DNA from: Phallusia mammillata
Taxonomy: Eukaryota
DNA: 64,000 nt
Assembly: GCA_965637545.1 (NCBI GenBank)
Contig: OZ281496.1
Coordinates: 31,434,001 to 31,498,000 of the forward strand
Direction: 5' to 3'
The notes under the pieces: model-generated
What the model saw: the letters and a program-made list of their open reading frames with translations, nothing else
Told to the model about the DNA's origin: nothing
Database searches by the model: none
Part shown: one piece after another, positions 35,701 to 46,625 of the stretch
Layout of the letters: each line of letters starts with the position of its first letter
How positions within the stretch are numbered: the stretch's first letter is position 1
Translations under genes and position numbers: made by a program

Positions 35701-36834
35701 ATTCCTTATTCATTGCCCAAATAACTTAAGTGTTATAATTGTGGTAGAGCTACTAACACAAGACCTCACGGTACAGACAAGTATAATTCAAAGTTTTTAC
35801 GTTTCAGATTCACGCGAACAGCTGATGCTTCTGGAGCAATCAGATTCACCCGTTACAGTGGAACTCCTCCTTACCGGGGCAATATGCTAAGGACCGTGTA
35901 CGATCACTTCTTCGACGGAACACCCAAGAGCGACAATTACAAACCAAGACCCGATGCATTGTCTGTTGCTATCGTCTTCGTTGGAGGTGAGAAAATGTAT
36001 TCCTATTGTGGGTTCGAATCCCAGGCTAGATTTAAAGTGCCTTGCCACATGAGAATGTGTGAGAGGCCGACTTAATTCGGTATGACGCCTTCAATTGGAC
36101 TGGCGTACAAACTACTCTTTGTATGTGAGCGCGTCGTGAACGCTGGTCTACATGGAAGCTTTCAGGGGTGATCCCATGTATGAATGACTTTATCTTATTT
36201 ATTACCTGTTTGTGCACTCGTGTCATCAGGCCAGTGATTCTCACAATGGGTACAGCTCAATACGCCGCTGGTGACGTAAGGGACCTTGGAAAGCTACAAA
36301 ACTAGCGTGGAATTGGGAATGTTTGTGGCGTCACAATCCACCGAGCATTAACTTGAGATGCTTGGTGTTCGGCCAAACAACACATTTGCGGTTTTGATCA
36401 ATTCCTAATAGACATTGAAGATGTATGTCACTAATAAAAAACAAGTTGCCATGTAGCCATTTCTTTAGTTTAAATATAGCTTATCGCTACAGTTTAGCGA
36501 ACTCGAACACGTTTTTTTAATTCGTTTTAAGAACCGGGCACTTTGAATGTTTCAAATGTTTTTCCAACCGTTTTGATTATTTTCAGGTAAATCGAGTGAC
36601 GTCGTATCCGATTCAGCGAAGGATTTGAGAGAATCCACTCACGTGATCGCGGTTGGCGTCCAGGAAAACAATGAAGACGCGATTTCTACTGATGACGCTG
36701 AACTAAATGCGATCGCTTCGTCCCCGGACTTGAAGGTCGTTGCCCCTAGTTACAAGGAATTGCCGTCGGTCGTGGGGAAAGTGATTTCTATCATGTGTGA
36801 TCTCGCCGAAAAACAAGTGAACAAACAAGCCTAA
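26718..36834 (+). CDS. Secreted mosaic protein: signal peptide, FN3, TIL, 2xFN3, Thr-rich linker, thyroglobulin type-1, 2xFN3, VWA
   Basis: Exons read by hand, including 26718-26775 (MMFHRKPVWASVAICVLFT), 27285-27347, 28291-28414, 29044-29217, 30295-30474 (TIL: CTNGQVHTRCLGQCVASC..CSPGCNCP..CIPPLLC), about 30930-31013, 31823-about 32064, about 32489-32790, about 32983-33207 (PNCDAEGLY..KC..CHCID), about 33381-33596, 33940-34051, 34516-34674, 35076-35333 (LDVLFVLDTSSK), 35808-35986 and 36587-36834. Confidence 0.88.
27438..27773. mobile_element. Nested hAT MITEs: inner 27475-27709 inside an outer element 27438-27773
   Basis: Inner TIRs CAGTGGTCGGCAACC / GGTTGCCGACCCTTG with perfect TSD CTTTAGGA. 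Outer ends CAGCGCTTTTCAAACT / AGTTTGAGAGCCACTG. Confidence 0.85.
28915..28995 (-). repeat. Family C repeat with an internal deletion
   Basis: GAAAATAACGGCCCAAATGGACGTAAAAAGCGACATGCTTTA arm. Minus strand reads ATATCA-CTGATGATGGCA followed by a deletion of stem II and GAAAC. Confidence 0.6.
31505..31798. mobile_element. hAT (Buster-type) MITE
   Basis: TIRs CAGTGGTTTTCAAAC / GTTTGAGGATCACTG. TSD GCTTAAAC / GTTTAAAC. Confidence 0.8.
34367..34430 (-). ncRNA. Family B hammerhead repeat copy, degraded
   Basis: Minus strand: CACCAGCTGAA-CTGATGA-GACC-TTATA-TGTT-GAA-ACATT-GTGC-AATAT-C. Stem III carries a G-C to T-A compensatory change relative to the other copies. Confidence 0.65.
35339..35470 (-). 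repeat. Family A Penelope-like repeat with a degenerate core
   Basis: CAAGTTTATAGAGCTCTTCTGGCAATTGTATTTTTATTCCGACGTTTCGACGTCCTATACAGGTCGCC, nearly identical to 9885-9955. Confidence 0.7.
36005..36300 (+). mobile_element. Possible tRNA-derived SINE fragment
   Basis: B-box-like GGGTTCGAATCCCA at about 36010 in an intron. No A-box or cloverleaf recognised. Confidence 0.3.
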
Positions 36835-38285
36835 GTTGACCCGACACACTGCGCCACCCAGCGACATGATTTTTTGTAACCTTAGCCGCGCGATGGCGCT
36901 TTGTACTGCAAGTTTCGTCTGAAAATTTCATATGATGTTTGTTGTTGTGTATATTGTTTATCTGAACTTTTGCGTTTTTCTTGAACAAAAACGTTTTAAA
37001 TGTTTACTTGAAGTAGAAATCGACGAATGAGCAAAACCTGTTATGATCAAAAGTATTTATTCCCTCCCGTTGATTTTAACCCTGAGAATTGTTTTTGTCG
37101 AACCGAAATGTTCCCATTTTTAATTGTCAGATGATTTGTTGCGTGACAATCGTTTGTAATGCACTATTATGTATTCACAAATAAATCGATTTACCATATA
37201 CTTGTAACAACTTACTCTAAAACTTTTTTACTCATTTAAAAAAAACTAAATTTACTGTTGAAGTTACTGCATAACCAACTTTTTTTAGTGAAGCCTCTCT
37301 TCGAAGTTGTGATGGAAAGTTGTATTCCGTTTTGTGATAGAACAACACTTTTGCCTTAAAATAGCACGGATTAAGCCGGGAAAAGCTTCGCCGCGTTAGA
37401 GCGTTATGAAGTTTCAGCTTCAGCGGGTTAGGACGTTACGAAGTACAAAATAACGAAAGGCACAATCGGCGAATCAAGGTTAAACGCGCTGCAGCTGCTC
37501 CGAACAAAATGTGAATTTGACAGGTTTACAAACAAATATTCGTAGACTATAACACCGAAAATGGCAATATGTTTTGCAAGGAGCTGTTTTAGGCTCAAAA
37601 ACGCAGTTTAGAATATCAGTTAAGCACATAACAATAAAAAGAACTTACATTTTAAGTTTAGTTGGTACTTTAAGCATATCAACAAGTGTGAAGATAATTT
37701 GCCGACGCACGTGAATTCGCTGTAAAAAATTACAGGGTAACTAAAAATTGTTCAGTCAGATTGTATTTGAACAATAATCCACAATTATTTTGTTCCAAGT
37801 GCTTAAATTGCATAAGTTTGTTACAAATGCATACATTTAAAGTTTGTAGTAATGTTAGGTAGATTTTAACGCAAATTTTAAGGAATAAATTTACTTTTTA
37901 GTTTTGTAAAGTTTTTCTATCGGCCCTGTTAATTGGTTGCGAAGGTTGAACAGATTTGCTAACTGTTTGATGCAAAAGTGATGAAATTGTTTGAAACTTT
38001 TAATTCTGTATTGTATTGAATGTTTTGGTTGATTGGCAAGCCATCAGTCAGTTTGTAGCACTCTAAAAAGTTCCTTAACCATTAAAATATGAGTAAAATA
38101 AAAATTAAAGCGTTTAAAGTTGAAACAGGCTGCATACGGTTTTACGCCGTACATTGCATTGATTGCATACTTTTAAATGTACTGTAGACCGTTTTTAAAA
38201 TAGTTCAGACTAGTTAAATGCAAGTATCTAAAGTGAGACATATCATAATTTCTTCCTCAGTGTACAGAAAACATATAGTTATTAG

Positions 38286-38465
38286 CAGTGGTGGGATTCA
38301 AACTTTTTGTTAGCCGGTTCTATCATATAAGTCATATTTTTCAGTCGGTTCTGTTATGAAAAGTCCATTCACAGTAACCAGTAATGCTAACCGGTTCGCT
38401 GATCTCATAAAATTTCGTGAGACGGTTCTTTAGAACCGATGTGAACCGGCTGGATCCCACCACTG
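38286..38465. mobile_element. hAT-like MITE of the CAGTGGTGGGATTC family
   Basis: TIRs CAGTGGTGGGATTC / GGATCCCACCACTG. Confidence 0.8.
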
Positions 38466-38555
38466 GCTACTTTGCTTTGGTATTAAAAATAAATCAAAAT
38501 TTAATTTTTGAAGATAATGCTAAACAGTTGTGATGTTTTCTTTCAATGTATAGCG

Positions 38556-41500
38556 ATGGACAATTCCATATTAGGTCGATTCTTTGGGGGTAAAGGGGCC
38601 GATATCCCCAATGTGACCCTTGACCCCTCCACTATTCCACCTCCACCTACTCCACCTGACAAGGATAAGGACAAGAAAAAAGGAAGCCCAGGCGACAAAT
38701 GGTCAAACTTCGACCCCACTGGTCTGGAACGAGCAGCTGCAGCGGCAAAAGAACTCGACAGATCAAGTAAAAATGAATTCCTTTTATTTTTGAAAAGTGC
38801 TTTTTTATTCACGAACGAAACTATTTTTCCGAGTAACGGAATCAGTCGTTCAATACCATGAAATATTTATATTTTGCCTTCTGCAAGTTTTACAATAATC
38901 TAAAACTAGAAACGGTTGTAAGCACATGGTTTAGTTTCTTTGTGAGTACAGTTTTAGAACAGATATAATGTTACATTTGTGACACAGCAGAATGTAAATC
39001 TTTGTTTTACATCTCAAAAAAATGTGTTGTCACTAATTTAACTTTGAGAGTTGGTGTGTTTGGGAATTCACCACATAGTAAATTGTCTTTGAAAAAAACC
39101 CTCCACATTGAAATCTTAAATGATTTTACATCATATGGTGATAATAATGCATTTTTCTTTGTTGTTTAGGAAATGCCAAAGAAGCGCTTGAGTTGGCACG
39201 AATGCAGGAAACCACAAAACAATTTGAATTCCAAGGCAAAGTTAAGGTTAGCTGTTAATAATATTGATTTGTTGAATTATTTCATGTTTGCTCAAAATAA
39301 AAAATAATGCTTACTAATGTTTGAGTGTGCTGTAAGAGTGTTCAAGTAACAATGCAGTTACATATAACAACATCCTATGATCTAGCAGTGAAAAGTCTAA
39401 AACCATGCACTATTTAACTTAGGCAGCGCTGGCCATGTAAATAAGTGTTTGGTTCCACATGCTTTTCAGACTCAGCTTTGTGACAATTACAAAACCAATG
39501 CAGTGATTCATTAGTGGATGTTTTTTTATTTTTGCTTAATGGCAGTCCCAGATATGAAAATCATTGAGAAGATTAACATGTTTGTGTGTTTAAGTAAAAA
39601 GGTCATCACTTAAAGTCAACTGTTTGGTCCAGTGGTCTTTAGGTATGTATATATATATATATATAGTTCTGAAAATTGACAATTTGTTTTAGGAATATGA
39701 AATTAACTTGGAGCACATGAAAGTGGAACAAGTGAAACAACAAGGAGAAGAGAGAAGAAAAACGCTTCAACAAGATGCAAAGATTAAACAAGAAGTGACT
39801 ACCTATAATAGGAATGCGTTTAATTGCACAACTAATTTGCCAAACTTTTGATGCAGTTAACTAGATTAGGCAATCACCCACATTTTTCTGTATTGCCAAA
39901 GACACAATTTTGAACAACACTAATTAAGTGCTAACTACCAACTGTACATTGTGAAAAATATTTTTGTTATTTTGCAGCAAGCTGAATACCAAGATATCCT
40001 TGCCCGTCGTCGCTATGACGATCAACTTAAACAGCAATCAGCGATGAATGAAGATAATTTAAAGCGCCAGGAAGAATCAGTTCAAAAGCAAGAAGCAATG
40101 AGACGAGGTAAAACAACATGGTGGTTTTGCAGCTTGTTAGTGTGTTGCATATTCAATGTGTTACATGGAATCTTCTTTATAACCTTTACTTCATGATGTA
40201 CAAAACACTTTTGGGTCCCTTGTTCTAAAGAATAGGTCTTAGTGTATGGATAATGTCTACATGTGCACAATAACCCTTATATCTTTTGTTCTGTTCACTA
40301 CGATATTTAACTTTAAAAAGAAAACAGATTCCTAACCTTATTTAAAAAGAGGTGTTTTTAAAGTTTTGCTTAATCGTTGTCAGCAACACTGGAGCATGAG
40401 ATGAAACTGCGGCGTGATAATGAAATGGCGAGGGCTGAGGCTGAAGCGAATGCACGAGCGAAAGCCGACCGACAAAATCGTGATTTACGACGAGAGGAAA
40501 TTAAACTTGAAGGAGCGGAAAGAAGACAAACTGTCCTCGAATCAATAAAGTAGGTGTGCTTTACTTAGCCGATTTTTAGTTGAAACTGCAAAATCTAAAG
40601 CATATATAGAGGACATGCAATTGGAAAGGAGTTGCACTGGAACTGAACTGCTGTGAAAGTTGTATAAATAGTTTGTTGAAACGACTGAATTATGAAACTT
40701 GTTTATTTTTGTTACAGAACAGCTGGAAGTGTTTTGGGTGAAGGAGCTCGAGCATTTTTAACTGATTGGGACAAAATTACCGCAGCAGTAAGTTTGACAA
40801 TAAAATTCTTATATTTGAGAATTTAAACAAACAAAAAGTATGTCATTTGTGGTTGTTGAGGATGTAGCCAGCTACACTGCATTGCAGCACAGCGCATATG
40901 GCCAATGTCTTGTCACCAGCTGCACCGATGAGGTCCTATAGCTCTAAACCAGTGGTTCCCAACCAGTGCCCATTGCCCCCCAGGGGGGCCACGAGCTGTG
41001 TTCCGGGGGGCCACGGACGTATATTCACAAGAAACACCCACTAAAAGTCATTTTCACTAACTTTATTCCCGAATTTAATCGACTATTTCACATACTATTT
41101 GTTTATAGTGAGGTTTATCACGCTCATTTACTATATTAGACCTGTTTAAGGCCAAAATTAATACCGCATTCCAAACCGAGATTACTATCTACATTTTAAG
41201 GGGGCCACAGGTCCTACATGGTAACTTGAAGGGGGCCACGAGCCCAAAAAGTTACTTTAAGGGGGCCATGGTCCACGAAAGGTTGGGAACCACTGCTCTA
41301 AACAGTGTTTACTGTCTGCAGCCTACTTTTCTTTTATCGGCTATTGGCTTTTATTGGATCCTGTGTTTTTGTTTTGTTTTTGTATTGTAAAAATAAATAA
41401 AAAAGTTTTAAACAACCCTTGTATTTTGATTTTCGGTTTATGTTAGGCCAACAAACAAACAAACAAATTATTTCTTGATTCAGGCATTTGGTGTAACGCT

Positions 41501-44500
41501 AATAGCTGCTGGAGTTTACACTTCAAAGAACACAATCGGGGTTGCAGCTCGTTACATAGAGGCTCGACTCGGAAAACCATCGTTGGTTCGAGAAACAAGT
41601 CGATTTTCTGTGCTTGAGACGTTAAAACATCCGGTCTCTACCGCTCGGAGATATTTAAGCAAACCTGAGGATGCTCTGAAAGGGGTTGTGTTGAAGGTAA
41701 GGAACAAGGACCTAAGGAAACATTTCTTCTGTCAAGTCATAAAACTGTTTAAATGAGGGCTTGCCAACCTTTTAAACGCTACATGTCCATTTACCTAAAA
41801 TGCCAAAATGTTAGTGACTTGTTATACTGACATTTTTGTGTCTAAATGTTTGAAACAGAGGTTAGCAACCTAATCTTGCATCTTATTTAATTGTTATTTC
41901 AACAATTTTATTTCAATGTGGTGATTTTTAACAGTGTCTCATAATAGCTTTTAAAAGTCATCAGAAAGCAGACAAGTTTTTGCATATACAGTCAAACTTC
42001 GATACTATGCCACCCTTTGGGACCGAGAGAAAGTGGCATAGTAGCGAGGGTGGCATAATACCGAGGGTTGGTTGTAAAAATAGCCTTGTGACGTGATAAT
42101 GTACTGTAATGCCACGTTCTGTTGTACGATTGTAATTTATTACAGTATAAGGTACAGCATACAGTATAATTTGTTACAAAAAACGAATAGATCATGCATA
42201 GAACAAACAAGTTAGTTTTGTCAGGACACAAGCACGGAACGGCGTTTACATAACTCGCTGCAAAGCCGTGAAACCTCTTAACATGACCATGTTTGTTTAC
42301 TCAACGATTTGTTTTTCATGTTTTATCATGAGCTCAAACCGAAAATTTTCAGAAGGCCTAATTTTCAATCCGGAACCAGACCGTTAATACAGTAATACTG
42401 TACTCTCATGTGTCATAGTATCAAGGGTAAGGGGTGACTAAGTGAAAACATGCAACCTAATAGTTTCATTAATGTCAAAAAATTTGAATAAAAGCAACCA
42501 GAGTTGAGAAAAATGCAATAAAAAAGGCAATTCGGAAAAGCCAATCTATCATATTTTAAACTTTGTGCACAGCAAGTATTGAACAACTGCTGCTGTTGGT
42601 TACTACTTACTTTGAATTGCCTTTGGCAGTAAAAAGTTGTAACTCAGCTGATGCATCTCAAATCTGTTTCTAACCTGACTGTGTCAATAGAAACAACTTT
42701 ACTTTTATAGCCGACTTTGGAAGAGCGTGTCCGAGATATTGCCATAGCAACGAGGAACACAAAGCGAAACAAAGGAGTTTATCGAAATATTCTTCTTCAT
42801 GGTCCGCCGGGGACGGGAAAAACTTTATTCTCGAAGGTAAGATTACTGTTGGATGTCATATAATTCAGCATTACCTTCAAAAAAGTAAATATTAATTAGT
42901 GATGGGACGATACCAGGTTTTTAAGCGAGTACCGATACCGAGTACGAGTACCACATGTATATACCTTCGATACCAATTACTGAGTACTTTAAGTACATTG
43001 TTGTACTTAGTTGTATATCGCTGGCTAATTTATCTGCCACAGTCGGGGTACAGGCTTGCACACACACATGCCGAAAAATGTAATCACCATGTGATAGCGA
43101 AAAAATATATACGTAAACTGGCAGAACTTTTTTCCAATTTTGTGCTGTCCGAAGCAAATATTAGCATAAAGTTGCCCGTATTCTTATGGTGTAAATCGGC
43201 CTTTGGTACTTGCACGTTGGTATCGAAAACTGAGACAAAATATTTCGATAACAAGTACGAGTATCGATACCACTGAAATCGTTCGATACCGAGTACCGGG
43301 TGCCCGTCCCATCACTAATATTAATGCCATCATTAAGTGTTTGGTGCACTCAACGGACAATATCAAGCTTATTAGTTTATGATGGATGATAGATTTGTCT
43401 TATTTCCTCTACTAATTTTCAGTACACATTATGATGACTTTGCAGATGGAAATGCAACATAAAACTTTACTATCTTTGTACGATGTAGAGAAATAAGCTA
43501 CTTAACAATTGTATTAAATGCTTTTCCAACAGAGGATGAATAACAGACTCTTAACTTTGAACGATTGTTGCTCTGTGGGTTAGTAAAGGTTGTAGGAGTT
43601 ATGTTGTAAGAAGCTTAACATGAATAGTCAGTATATATTGTGTTGATGACTTACAATTAACTGACGTTGTATAACTCACTTTTGGAAAGACATTTTAACT
43701 TGCTCATTAGCAGTGGTATTACTAACAGATCTTTTATAAATTTCAATGTCTCCTATGTTAGCACTTGCATTTTTGGAATTGTATTGCCCACTTTGAGGGT
43801 TTTTTTTCAGAAAAGTTTTACATGTTCTGTTACAGAAACTTGCTATGCACTCAGGGATGGACTTTGCGATTATGACGGGAGGAGATGTCGCTCCGATGGG
43901 TCGTGAGGGGGTGACCGCAACTCACAAATTGTTCGACTGGGCAAGCAGCAGTAGAAGGGGGTGAGAAATTTTCACTTGTGTAATAAAGTTCTCAACATTT
44001 CCTACTAAAGAGATTACAACTAGTGCTACCTCATTTGTTGTTTCTAAGCATGTGCTTTTTTAAGTTATTGTGTACCGGTTTGTTTTTTGTTTTCTTTAAG
44101 TATCATACTGGCTTGTTTTTTCTGCTAATGAGATAAGAACTTGTGTTGTGCTACATCATGTGCTGTTACAAGGAGATTGTGGTATAGTTTTATTGTTAAA
44201 TGCAAAAACTTTAAAATCAAGTGTATATTTGTATTTTATGAAATACTACATAGCAAATACAAACTCTTTATCTGACATACAAGTTTGACTTGTAATTATT
44301 TTCTGCTTTCATCAGTTTTTGTGGCAATGTGGGTGTCATTTCATTCTGTTGTGGTAACTTGCTAAACTTTTTATGTTGTTACAGATTGTTGTTATTTGTT
44401 GATGAAGCAGATGCATTTTTAAGGAAGCGAGCAACGGTAAAAACTTTTATATTTGTTTGTTAATTCATACAAAATGGGAAAGTTTCATGCAGTTTTGTGT

Positions 44501-45967
44501 ATTATAAGCATGATGCCTAAAATTTTATAACTTTAAACCATACAATATATTATTACTGTTATAATAGTTATATGTTGTATATATATTGTACTTGTATTTT
44601 AGGCTCCTTATATCAATCTGATTTATGTTCCAGGAAAAAATAAGTGAAGACTTGCGAGCAACTTTAAATGCATTTTTGTACCGAACTGGAGATCAATCCA
44701 GCAAGTGAGTAAAAAAATAAAAATCACTAAATGGTATTTGAAAAAATCTAAACATAATCTATGGTGTTAACTATTGATTTGCTTTCTGGTAGCTTTCGGA
44801 CAATTTCACTGATATATTCCTTTTTATGATGATTAGGTTTTGTAATTTGACTTGCAGAAACAACTATTGACTTATGTTTGAAGGTGACAACCTCAATTTG
44901 ATTTTGTTTGTCACTAAAACAGTCTGAACAAAAAGTTGACAACCAATATAAAATTGCACTGTATTTGATTCATTTCTTAAACTACATTTCATGTTTTAGC
45001 TAAAAAAGGTGTGTTGCAAAAATTATTAATTTGTTAATATTGCACAAGCTTAAACTGATGTTGAATGTTTCAATCCAGTAATATTTTTGTGTGTTAGATT
45101 TATGATGGTGCTGGCGAGCAACCAACCGGAACAGCTCGATTGGGCCGTTAACGATCGCCTCGATGAAATGGTTGAGTTTGGTTTACCAGGAATCGACGAA
45201 CGAGAACGACTTGTCCGATTATATTTCGACAAATATGTCCTTGAGCCTGCTCTCGATACAAAACAGTAAGTTGGAAAATAATTGTTCAGTAAACCTTGAT
45301 TAATTCCAACCCACTTTTATGAACTGTTTCCTTTTTGTTTTTCAGACGATTAAAACTTTCCGATTTCGACTTTGGACCAAAATGTTCTGAAATTGCAGCA
45401 AAAACTGAAGGAATGTCTGGAAGAGAAATTTCCAAACTTGCTGTTGCTTGGCAGGTATGGAATGATTTTTATGATTATTTTATGCTTACATGGTCTAAAT
45501 TTATCTGTCCTTATGTTTTTAAATATGTTTAAACTGTGCATGCTTAAGCAGTGCACATTTAGCTTTTAGTTTGATATACTGCAGCTAATGCGTTAGTTTA
45601 AAACTTTGTCAAGTTATAAACAGTATTGGTAAATCAGTTGCACTGTGCATAACAATGCTCCTAAATACAAAATTTATGGGAAAAAAGTTTTTGAATTTAA
45701 ATTTTCATTTAGGAAACTGTTCGATGCTTATAACCAGGTAATGTTTGACAGGCCTACGGTTATGCTTCATCCGACGGGACATTGACGGAAGAAATGATCG
45801 ACGAAAAAGTTAGCGATGCCGTGAAACAACATCAACTAAAAGTTGATTGGATGAAATATCACTCTCCAGGGACACCTAGTGAGGGGTCAGGTGACCGAAA
45901 TACGGACAATTTGTCACCGAAAAGCAGTGACTATGCATCTAGTACAATGACTCAGCAGAAAACTTGA
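38556..45967 (+). CDS. ATAD3: ATPase family AAA domain-containing protein 3 (mitochondrial), 14 coding exons
   Basis: N-terminal [20 protein letters not shown] and coiled coil [17 protein letters not shown]. Walker [10 protein letters not shown] (about 42800), [19 protein letters not shown], Walker [12 protein letters not shown], and [27 protein letters not shown]. Exons 38556-38766, 39170-39246, 39693-39794, 39978-40107, 40384-40549, 40718-40787, 41484-41696, 42711-42836, 43836-43960, 44385-44436, 44634-44704, 45098-45265, 45346-45454 and 45752-45967. Confidence 0.96.
40950..41295. mobile_element. hAT (Buster-type) MITE inserted into a family B hammerhead repeat
   Basis: TIRs CAGTGGTTCCCAACC / GGTTGGGAACCACTG with perfect TSD CTCTAAAC. 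The flanks rejoin to CACCAGCTGCA-CCGATGA-GGTCCTATAGCTCTAAAC-AGTGTTTACTGTC-TGCAGC. Confidence 0.92.
42897..43317. mobile_element. hAT (Ac-type) MITE
   Basis: TIRs TAGTGATGGGACG / CGTCCCATCACTA, perfect TSD ATATTAAT, and subterminal GAGTACCGATACC repeats. Confidence 0.9.
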
Positions 45968-46117
45968 TGAATCAGTTCAGTATTTTGAAGGTCAAATTTA
46001 GAAAGCCAAGGTCAAACCTGAAGGTAATTCAGACCTAGGTAATTGTGTTCGTGCTTCTTTAATAAACCTACTATACCTTGTTTTACTGTGTTCTAATGCT
46101 GATTGAAGAGTTTAGTG

Positions 46118-46373
46118 CAGGGGCCTTCAAGTAGTGGTCCATGATGACTTTTTGGATGGTCCACTAAATTTAGTGAGAAACTATAGAGATGATTGCATAT
46201 TACATGTTGAAAGAGTATGAAAATGTGAACTGGTAATAATTGTATCTCACTTTTGAAAATCTATCTGTTTTAAAGAATTATGTTTCAAGCCCAAATGGTT
46301 GTTTCCTATGCGTCCACAATATTATTCTAACTGGGCCGGTGGTCCATGGCCCGAAACAAGTTGAGAATCACTG
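46118..46373. mobile_element. hAT (Buster-type) MITE between the ATAD3 and SPAG7 3' ends
   Basis: Ends CAGGGGCCTTCAA / TTGAGAATCACTG. Perfect TSD GTTTAGTG. Confidence 0.85.
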
Positions 46374-46625
46374 GTTTAGTGCAAGAAAACAGTCAGAGAG
46401 AGCGAATTTTTTTAAGTGTGTTTATTACAAAACATGAACCAATCAACAATATGAAAAATGCTTTGTATGGCTTTTGGTGCAGTTGCCATAAAAAAGATCT
46501 GCATTTGATAATTTGTGCTGTTTTATAAATGATCCAGAAAAAGTGTTCAGGAAATCACAGTCGCTTTGAAATAATCTCGTGAATTCCAGAATTATGCTGC
46601 ATTAGGTTTGTGACATCGTTGGTTG

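Noticed and set aside
36005-36030. Possible tRNA gene
   Set aside because: Only a B-box-like motif is present; I could not build a cloverleaf.
45713-45737. Apparent 25-nt ATAD3 micro-exon with good AG/GT signals
   Set aside because: It would shift the frame and leave a 14-nt intron. The direct 45454-45752 junction gives the conserved sequence.
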